DNA from: Promethearchaeota archaeon
GTDB lineage: Archaea > Asgardarchaeota > Lokiarchaeia > Sigyniarchaeales > SOKP01
Direction: 5' to 3'
Assembly: GCA_048939015.1 (NCBI GenBank)
Contig: JBHLPW010000016.1
Coordinates: forward strand, 33,652-80,739
Length of the DNA: 47,088 bases
Below, in pieces: positions 1 to 7,566 of this stretch. The notes under the pieces were generated by a model. The model saw nothing but the letters and a program-made list of their open reading frames with translations. It was not told the DNA's origin and did no database searches. A program made the translations under genes and the position numbers. Positions within the stretch are counted from its first letter, which is position 1; each line of letters begins with the position of its first letter.

Positions 1-109
1 TTAAGGAAAAACATGAAACAACTTACACAGGGACTATAGAATAATTAGGCAAAAAAGTCAAATTTTAGCAAAAAAACCTGATCTGGATTCTTCAAAGTTT
101 ATTTCTACT

Positions 110-895
110 TTGAATGCAGGATTAACAAAATTCTTAGAGTTGTCTTTTGCTCCATTCATTTCAATGTTAAATTCTTGGAGTGAAAATATGATCCGAAATA
201 CAGTTGAGAAGAATTTACAATTAAGAAAAGATTTGATGGCAATAAAAACCAAATTAAGTGAAGGTATTTCAAGTTTACAAAAAGATTTTAAATTTTCATT
301 AAAGGAACAATTAAATGATTTAGATATATATATTGACGATAAATTCGAAGAATTTGATTTTGATCATGAAAATTCTAAAAAACTTCTTGTGGATGTTGAA
401 ATTGAATTAAATCAACAATTTAAGTCAATGTTCGAGGAGAAATTCCAAAAGTTAATACAAGATTATTTAGTTCAATTTAATGATTATATAAATGAATTAA
501 ATGAAATAAATAGCAAAGCATTAACTAAATCTGAACTTTTAGAAGCACAAAAGAATATTTTAGAAGGTCTTAGCAAAAATATTACTTCAATAGAAAATAG
601 AAATACTGAATCATTAGAGCAAAAAGTAGAAGAAATATCCGGAAATTACACTAAAAATGCTAATAAAGTTATTGGTAACTTTATTAATTTAAATAAGGAA
701 GCAAAGAACTTTCTTTCAGATTTAAAAGCTGCTATTATATTATTAGAAAGTACAAAAACACCTCTACAAAATAAATTGGACAGTCAAGAGGTAGAAATTA
801 AAACTCTTAAGAAAAGCATTGCAGAATTAAAGAGTAACAATGAAAAGCTATTATCTAAATTAGAAAAATTAGAAAAAAAGGAGGAAACGGGATAA
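110..895 (+). CDS. Long helical/coiled-coil protein, paralogous to the C-terminal region of the downstream JAMM protein; true 5' end uncertain
   Basis: Heptad-rich E/K/L/N sequence. Aligns without gaps by eye over ~120 aa with the helical tail of 896..2269. The frame is open upstream to position 17. Its TAA abuts the next ATG. Confidence 0.7.
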   Translation: MNAGLTKFLELSFAPFISMLNSWSENMIRNTVEKNLQLRKDLMAIKTKLSEGISSLQKDFKFSLKEQLNDLDIYIDDKFEEFDFDHENSKKLLVDVEIELNQQFKSMFEEKFQKLIQDYLVQFNDYINELNEINSKALTKSELLEAQKNILEGLSKNITSIENRNTESLEQKVEEISGNYTKNANKVIGNFINLNKEAKNFLSDLKAAIILLESTKTPLQNKLDSQEVEIKTLKKSIAELKSNNEKLLSKLEKLEKKEETG

Positions 896-2269
896 ATGCC
901 TAAAAATCAACAAATTGATAATTCCAATGAAAATAAAGGAGATATTTTCATTAAAAAAGAAGCTTTTAGAAATATGTTAACTCATGTTTTACGTTTTGGT
1001 AGTAATGCGTTAGAAAAAAGCGTTGAAGTATTGGGAGTTTGCCTTGGAAAATATGATCCTGCTGATGAGAGTATCATCATAGAGAATGCAGTACCAATAA
1101 CTCATGGAGACAAGGTCGAAATTGGATTTGATAAAGAAATGTATGAATTATTTGTGCAGATAGGGAATAAATACTCATTACCATTAATCGGTTATTATCA
1201 TTCACATCCATCATGGGGATTATATCTCTCAGAAAGTGATTTAACAAATATTCAATTTTTTCAAAATGATAAATTCCCTAAAGGATTCTGTATCGTTTTT
1301 GACCATACTCTAATTGGTAAAAATGGGAATCTGGGATTTGAAATATATAGATTAGACAAATTTTCAAAAACTGATAAATATCATACAGTACCTTTCGAAG
1401 TTGAAATTCCAAATTCTTTAGAATATTTCAAATGGGTTCAAAAATTCTCAGAAGATTTTCAGAAAAAAAATCCAATTCTTATCAAAGAAATCAATGAATT
1501 TGCTGAACCTGTTTCAGGAGATTTACAGGAAATCCCCGGATCGGATGATTTAGAAACGATTGAAGAGAGTACAATAGAATCATTAGAATTAACGGCACTT
1601 GATTCAGGATTTTATAATGGGACAGAAAAACTCTCTGAGATGTTTCTAGACATAACTAAAAATCAAATGGGAAATTGGATTAAAGATATAGATCAAGGAA
1701 CATCAAAAGGATCTGAATATATAAGCAAAGCAGTTAATAAAATGCAAGATGCAATCTCATCAGGATTAACTAAGGTTGATACATGGTTTAATAAAACTAT
1801 GAATAACGCTATAAAGGAATTTAAAAAGAGTGTCTCTAATTACGTGAACTCTCGTGTAGATAGAAATAAAGAAATTATTAAAGATATATCCAATATAAAG
1901 GAAAAATTCTCTAATAATCTGAAAATTGTCTTTGAAGAAAGTATCTCACCCATTAGAACCAAGATGGAAAATCTAGCAAATTTATCAAAAGGAACAGTTG
2001 AGAAAAATAATCAGACAATTTTGAAATTTGATGATAAACTGAATACTTTTAATTCTTTATTAATAGATATTGAAAAGCAACTAAATTCTACTACTCAATA
2101 TTTTGAGAAGAAAATAGAAGATTCTAAAACAACATTAAATACAAATATTGATGAAAAAACGGAAAAATTGAATACTGAATTAAATCAATTTAAAGAATTT
2201 AACAATGAAATAAATTCTTTATTGGAAAAACTTCAAAAAGCAATTACAGGATTCCGAAATTTAACGTAA
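896..2269 (+). CDS. MPN+/JAMM (Rpn11/CSN5-like) metalloisopeptidase domain fused to a long C-terminal coiled coil
   Basis: VEVLG (catalytic Glu) and GYYHSHPSWGLYLSESD match the JAMM motif E-xn-HxH-x7-S-x2-D. CIVFD..GFEIYRL strands follow, then ~230 aa of amphipathic helices. Confidence 0.9.
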   Translation: MPKNQQIDNSNENKGDIFIKKEAFRNMLTHVLRFGSNALEKSVEVLGVCLGKYDPADESIIIENAVPITHGDKVEIGFDKEMYELFVQIGNKYSLPLIGYYHSHPSWGLYLSESDLTNIQFFQNDKFPKGFCIVFDHTLIGKNGNLGFEIYRLDKFSKTDKYHTVPFEVEIPNSLEYFKWVQKFSEDFQKKNPILIKEINEFAEPVSGDLQEIPGSDDLETIEESTIESLELTALDSGFYNGTEKLSEMFLDITKNQMGNWIKDIDQGTSKGSEYISKAVNKMQDAISSGLTKVDTWFNKTMNNAIKEFKKSVSNYVNSRVDRNKEIIKDISNIKEKFSNNLKIVFEESISPIRTKMENLANLSKGTVEKNNQTILKFDDKLNTFNSLLIDIEKQLNSTTQYFEKKIEDSKTTLNTNIDEKTEKLNTELNQFKEFNNEINSLLEKLQKAITGFRNLT

Positions 2270-2277
2270 AATTAATG

Positions 2278-2556
2278 CTAAAAAAATTGTAAACTTGACA
2301 CTTTCGAGATTTGCAATTTATATTTAGGTATATTTGTATTGAGTCTTTTCAATTCATTTAACTTAGCAACCTTACTTAATATTCTTCCTATTTTATCAAC
2401 TTTGATATCTACACCATAAGATTCTTTTAAAACTGAACTAATTTTATATGATGAGAGAATTACAACACTTGAGATATTTTTTTCACACAATAACTCAATA
2501 GCTTTTTTGACTAATTTTGTCAAGCTTTCTTTGCTTTCTAAGGGTTTTCTTTCCAT
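2278..2556 (-). CDS. Small basic winged-helix-like protein
   Basis: ATG at 2556 preferred over the TTG at 2577. Three-helix plus beta-hairpin pattern, Lys-rich. Confidence 0.55.
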   Translation of the reverse strand: MERKPLESKESLTKLVKKAIELLCEKNISSVVILSSYKISSVLKESYGVDIKVDKIGRILSKVAKLNELKRLNTNIPKYKLQISKVSSLQFF

Positions 2557-2710
2557 TTTCAAAATGACATAATACAATAAGTATATATAAATTTATATCT
2601 CAAAATTTTTAAAATTTGCATTTAAAAATTAAACTTGATTAAACACATTTGTTAGTTTTGTTTTTAAGATACAAATAGGTTTATTAGAAAAAAATAAATT
2701 TATTTATATA

Positions 2711-5182
2711 ATGTCTGGTAATCAAAAGCAATCAAAGAATTCTAAAATAGAAACTAAGAAAAAACAAGACAAACTTAAATCATTCAAACTCCCTAGCACT
2801 CCAAAATTGGGAAAAAGAGGGATTAAAAATAAGTTTAAAGACTTTTCTTCAAGACAAAGAGGAAAGCTAAGCCGCTTTAAAGATAGAATGAAGCGGAGTT
2901 TTTATGATAAGATAATCCACCAAGAAGTTTATCTTGATGGGCAAGAGCCACCATCATATTCTTTTCAAAAAAGATTTTTTGGTTTATATTTCATATTTAT
3001 ATTTTATTCGCTAGTTTTAATTGTATCAATAAATTTTCCTGGATTATGGATTAATGCTTTAACGTTTGGAAATCCATTCGTATTTTCAAATGCCATAGTC
3101 GCGTTTTTTCTAGTTTTATCAGTCGTGCTTAGTAATGACAAGGTCAGAATTTTTATCTATGAAAAAAATTATGTGATTAAGCAATTAATATTATATTGTG
3201 GCATTTTTGTAGGTTTATTCATCTTATTTCTATATATTGGTACAAGTATCAATTTTTTATCATATTTATTAGGTCTTGGAATGATTTGGTTATTCCTATT
3301 GAGTAGTAGATTTTATATTTACTCACGTAAATTTTCCACTAAAATTGAAGCAAGATTCATTAAAAAATATTCAATTCTAAGATATTTTATTGCTATAATC
3401 ATACCATTTATAATATTAGGAGTGTTAGTTATTATTTCATTATTTTACAGAAGTTTTTTAGTATTTTTGTCATTAGATTTTTTTGGACCTAGCAATCCAA
3501 GCAGTGCTGTTGCAGTATATAGATTAGAAATGACAAGGATTATGCCTTTAATGTATTTTAGCTTAGTGATGACGCTTGTATTTATCATCTTTGAATATGT
3601 ATCTACAAGGCGACGTGCTGAAACTAAAAGAGCTGGCACATTTGATAATTTAACGTTTGCTCTGATAGTTTTTTTTATATTTTTCTTTCAGATTTTACAA
3701 ATTAGCATCTTTATGTTACTCCAAGATGAGACTATTAGTGCTTTTAAATCAACGATTGGAGCAACTGGTTCTGCAGTTTCATTTATTTTTATATTCGAAT
3801 TTATTATATCAATGTACTTTTTATATCGTGTTGTGAAGAAGCTGGGGAAATCACTTGGTTGGCGAATTATTATCTTTAAAAAAGATGGTTTGATTCTTTT
3901 TTGTTTAGCATGTGTTTTTGCTCAAACCTTTACACGTTTTACTCTTGCTAATGAAATACCAAATCAGATTATCTCTAATGTGGGCGTATTTTTGATGTGG
4001 GATAAGTATATTATCTCAGTATTGATGATCTTTTTCCTAGGTACCACATTATTAGTTTATTATATAAAGCCTCATGAAACATCGATGTTTATGAGATTAC
4101 AAAAAGAAACTGTAAGCGAAGAAGAAAGAAATTTAGATAAGGTTTATAAAATTATTAGAAGTGAATATATACGAAGAGGCGAGGCTTATCCAATAGAAAT
4201 TATTGAACGAGAATTAATTAAATCAACACAATTATCAAAAAGTAGTGTCTATGAACTTATTAATACTTTAGTAAAGAAAGATATGGATATCTTAATTAGA
4301 GAAGTTAAGCAAGATTTAGGCAAACCCGTAAAAATGCTTGATTTTGTGTCAGTAACTGAACGTTTTGAGAAAAAGGAAGTTGCTCATAAGAAGGCAAGGA
4401 GCTATTTAAGCGAAAGATTATTTGAAACTGCTATTGAAAAAAAAAGTTCTGTTAGTAGACTAACAAAAAGTTTAAAAACTGATCAGCCAGCTGATAGTCT
4501 TATCTCATCCTTAGCCTCTGATTATAGTAGAAAACACAGAGATAGAGAATTATTAAAGCAAAAAAGAAAGGAAGCACAAATTTCTTTTACTGCAGAAGAT
4601 CTTGCTGAAGATTTAGAAAGCCAAATAATAAATATCATAAAAAAAGAATATACTTTTCGTTTAGAAAACCCTGAGAAATCTCCAGATTTTTATATTCCCA
4701 TCTCTGAAATGACAAATATAATTGAACGAAGAACTAAAGTTACTCCCGGAGAGTTATACCCTATTTTAGAAGAATTGAATAATAAAGATATTGAACTTAT
4801 ATTAGTTGAGAATCCTGAAGAGCCAGAAGATAAAAAAATTAAATTTTTACCATTTGCTGATGGCACCATGAGTTTTTCCTTAGCATATTTTAGACCAGAA
4901 GAATATTCTGAATTTAAAATTGTAGTTATTAAAAACTTTTTAAAAGCCTTAAAAACTAAGAAAGAAAAAAGACAACTTTTTCAACTAAAAAAGGATATAC
5001 CAGATCGAACAGAGGAACAGAGAGTTTTACTAGATTTATTGAATAATTTATATAAATATTATCCTCTATATTCAGAGCAAATTACCCAAGAACCTGATAC
5101 AAAGAAATTATTAAAGCAACTAGATACTTGGATTAAAGCACTTGAAAAAATTGATTCTTTAAAAAAGTCGAATTCTGCATAG
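2711..5182 (+). CDS. Polytopic membrane protein (~11 TM) with a basic N-tail and a cytoplasmic C-terminal region containing two winged-helix-like repeats
   Basis: Hydrophobic segments over aa ~90-455. Internal repeat VYKIIRSEY..YELINTLVKKDMDILI / IINIIKKEY..YPILEELNNKDIELIL. Confidence 0.75.
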   Translation: MSGNQKQSKNSKIETKKKQDKLKSFKLPSTPKLGKRGIKNKFKDFSSRQRGKLSRFKDRMKRSFYDKIIHQEVYLDGQEPPSYSFQKRFFGLYFIFIFYSLVLIVSINFPGLWINALTFGNPFVFSNAIVAFFLVLSVVLSNDKVRIFIYEKNYVIKQLILYCGIFVGLFILFLYIGTSINFLSYLLGLGMIWLFLLSSRFYIYSRKFSTKIEARFIKKYSILRYFIAIIIPFIILGVLVIISLFYRSFLVFLSLDFFGPSNPSSAVAVYRLEMTRIMPLMYFSLVMTLVFIIFEYVSTRRRAETKRAGTFDNLTFALIVFFIFFFQILQISIFMLLQDETISAFKSTIGATGSAVSFIFIFEFIISMYFLYRVVKKLGKSLGWRIIIFKKDGLILFCLACVFAQTFTRFTLANEIPNQIISNVGVFLMWDKYIISVLMIFFLGTTLLVYYIKPHETSMFMRLQKETVSEEERNLDKVYKIIRSEYIRRGEAYPIEIIERELIKSTQLSKSSVYELINTLVKKDMDILIREVKQDLGKPVKMLDFVSVTERFEKKEVAHKKARSYLSERLFETAIEKKSSVSRLTKSLKTDQPADSLISSLASDYSRKHRDRELLKQKRKEAQISFTAEDLAEDLESQIINIIKKEYTFRLENPEKSPDFYIPISEMTNIIERRTKVTPGELYPILEELNNKDIELILVENPEEPEDKKIKFLPFADGTMSFSLAYFRPEEYSEFKIVVIKNFLKALKTKKEKRQLFQLKKDIPDRTEEQRVLLDLLNNLYKYYPLYSEQITQEPDTKKLLKQLDTWIKALEKIDSLKKSNSA

Positions 5183-5324
5183 TTTTTTATTTTTTCTCTT
5201 TGATTTCTATTCCTTTCATCTAAATAGACAAAATTATCTACTCTAGGTAAGAATAATTAGTAAAATTTAGAAAAAAAACTTCTTTTAATTATTTCAAAGA
5301 TATATTATTGCTAAAACGGGAAAT

Positions 5325-6611
5325 TTGTCAAAAAACAAAATTTCAAGCTCACCATTTCGAATATTTTCTGGATTATCCTCATTTCAAATGTTAGCTATGT
5401 TTAGAAGAGGTCTTTTTTACACGTATCTATCAATCTATATGAGAGAATTCTTGAATTTATCAGTTACTATGACAACGCTCTACGCAAGCATTCCCATGTT
5501 TATGAGCGTTTCTTTTCAAAATTTTATCTGGGGACCTATAAGCGATAAGTTTCAACGTCGAAGAACTTTAATAATATGTGGTGAAATTTTAGCTGGAATA
5601 GGTACTTTGACTGTCTGGGGTGTGCATTATATATTTACTGATTTTTTTATAGCTGGATGGGTAATAATAATTGGTCTTAGTATTATAGAAATGTTTTGGT
5701 CAATGTCTAATATCGGTTGGAGTGCCTTAATAAGTGATTTATATCCTTCTGAAAAAAGGAGTAAAATAATTGGACAATTAACCAGTATAGGGGGATTAGG
5801 ACGTATGTTTGGCATCTTTATTGGTGGTTTCTTATATGAGTCAGGATTTGGATTTAGAAATGGACCGTTATTTTTTGTGGCATCACTTGTTATGTTTATA
5901 TCATCAATACCTATGTTATTTACCCCAGAAGGAGGAGTTTATTCAGAAGTCCATTATCGAGATAGTTCATCAGAAATAAATAGAAACAATGAAAAAAATA
6001 TCTTGATATTTATTGTTTTTATTATAGCCTTGATCTTTATTAATTTTGGAAGAAATAGTATCGCTGTTCCTTATTCTCAGTATCTTTCTTTAGATTCTGG
6101 GTTTAATGTAGATAGTGTTACTTTAAGTTTTATTGCAAATACACGTTCAGTTGCGACATTGATCATTGGATTTACAGCAGGATTTTTAAGTAAAAAGTTC
6201 GGTTATGCTCAAACATTAATATTAGGAACTTCTATAGCAACTATAGCATTAGTAATAACCGGAACCGTATCTATTTTAGGTTTTATGTTTGTAGGAGGTT
6301 TTTTATTTGGAACTGCTGAAGTTATAGTATCTGCGTCATCCTATGCTATTGCTTCTATGCTGATTCCAGCAAAAATGCGAGCAAAATTATTTGCAGTATA
6401 TAATACAACTTTTTTTCTTTCATGGGGAACAGCGGGAACTTTTATAGCTGGTCCACTTATTGATTTTTTAATTAAAAAAGGTACTAGTGAAGTGGTAGCA
6501 TACCAAATTGCATTCCTTACAGGAGCTTTATTGTGTCTTATAGGTCTCTTAATCTTTATTTTTTTGGAAATGCGATTGAGAAAGATAAGGAAAGAAAAAG
6601 AGATTATATAA
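5325..6611 (+). CDS. MFS transporter
   Basis: 12 TM in a 6+6 arrangement. Motif A GPISDKFQRRR and its repeat GFLSKKFGY. TTG start. Confidence 0.9.
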   Translation: MSKNKISSSPFRIFSGLSSFQMLAMFRRGLFYTYLSIYMREFLNLSVTMTTLYASIPMFMSVSFQNFIWGPISDKFQRRRTLIICGEILAGIGTLTVWGVHYIFTDFFIAGWVIIIGLSIIEMFWSMSNIGWSALISDLYPSEKRSKIIGQLTSIGGLGRMFGIFIGGFLYESGFGFRNGPLFFVASLVMFISSIPMLFTPEGGVYSEVHYRDSSSEINRNNEKNILIFIVFIIALIFINFGRNSIAVPYSQYLSLDSGFNVDSVTLSFIANTRSVATLIIGFTAGFLSKKFGYAQTLILGTSIATIALVITGTVSILGFMFVGGFLFGTAEVIVSASSYAIASMLIPAKMRAKLFAVYNTTFFLSWGTAGTFIAGPLIDFLIKKGTSEVVAYQIAFLTGALLCLIGLLIFIFLEMRLRKIRKEKEII

Positions 6612-6856
6612 ATATTTCCTTGTAAAATTAGATGTCATAATCGATATTTGCATCAAAAAGCTGTATGTAATGTAAGTTTATTTCAAAGATTTTAACACTC
6701 AAAATATAATTTTATAAATTTTTATCAAATTTGTCAGAAAGATTAATATCGACATCTGAACACTATTAATAATCCTTAAAATTACATTTAAATTTCTATG
6801 ATAATAATGCAATATAATTCAAAATTTTTTAAAACTTGAAAATGATGTGAAATAAT

Positions 6857-7381
6857 ATGGGAAAAGGTACTGGATTAGCTATTGTGGCTTTAATAATTGC
6901 CATTGGAGGATGTGGTTTTGGTGTTTATGCTGTAATAATTCAGCCAGCATCTATTATCCAACAAGCTTCGGGAGAATCTGAGATTACCCAAATTTGGACT
7001 GTTGAACAAGTAGGTACTTTTTATCCGGGAACTAGTTATAGTGACATGACGGATATGGATGTGACCATAACTGTGAATACTGGAGAAACTGTTTATGTCA
7101 TGTTTAATGCTCAGATTTCAAATGGCCCTACTGAAGGTAATGGATGGCTTACAGGCGGAGTAAGAATAATGAGGAATAACGTTGAAATACCAGGATCTGA
7201 AAGGTTTTTCTTTATTGAAACATCCTTTGGGTTAAGTGTTGGTACTAGTATAACGACACATTTTATCATCGAAGGCCTAACTGCAGGGACTTATGAACTT
7301 AAAGTCCAAGCTACAGCCGCGGCAGAAATTGGCTCCGATAGAGTCGAAGATGGATTATTGATGGTTTATACTTATAAATAA
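6857..7381 (+). CDS. N-terminally membrane-anchored small beta-sandwich (surface) protein
   Basis: Hydrophobic N-terminus GLAIVALIIAIGGCGFGVYAVII, then a T/G/V-rich all-beta region (GLTAGTYELKV). Confidence 0.7.
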   Translation: MGKGTGLAIVALIIAIGGCGFGVYAVIIQPASIIQQASGESEITQIWTVEQVGTFYPGTSYSDMTDMDVTITVNTGETVYVMFNAQISNGPTEGNGWLTGGVRIMRNNVEIPGSERFFFIETSFGLSVGTSITTHFIIEGLTAGTYELKVQATAAAEIGSDRVEDGLLMVYTYK

Positions 7382-7385
7382 TTTA

Positions 7386-7395
7386 TTTTTTTTTT
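7386..7395 (+). terminator. Oligo-T terminator of 6857..7381
   Basis: T10 run 4 nt after the stop codon; archaeal terminators are U-tracts. Confidence 0.5.
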
Positions 7396-7525
7396 AATAA
7401 TGAGTTATTAGTACAAATTTTGTTTAAAAAGAATTCAAACCAGTTCTTTAGGAATATCCTCTTACTAATCTTTTTCTTGGGATTCTTCATAGGCATTTAC
7501 TCCCAAGTGATCGATTCTACGTTTT

Positions 7526-7539
7526 AAAAAAAAAAAAAA
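7526..7539 (-). terminator. Oligo-T terminator of copA
   Basis: A14 on the + strand (T14 on the - strand) ~27 nt past the copA stop. Confidence 0.5.
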
Positions 7540-7566
7540 TAAAAATATGGAGTTGAATATAGAATT

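Noticed and set aside
7476-7507. Hairpin CTTGGGA-N18-TCCCAAG between convergent genes, considered as a SECIS or ncRNA
   Set aside because: Only a 7-bp stem, no clear SECIS core, and no in-frame TGA at a Cys position in neighbouring genes. At most a terminator-associated structure.
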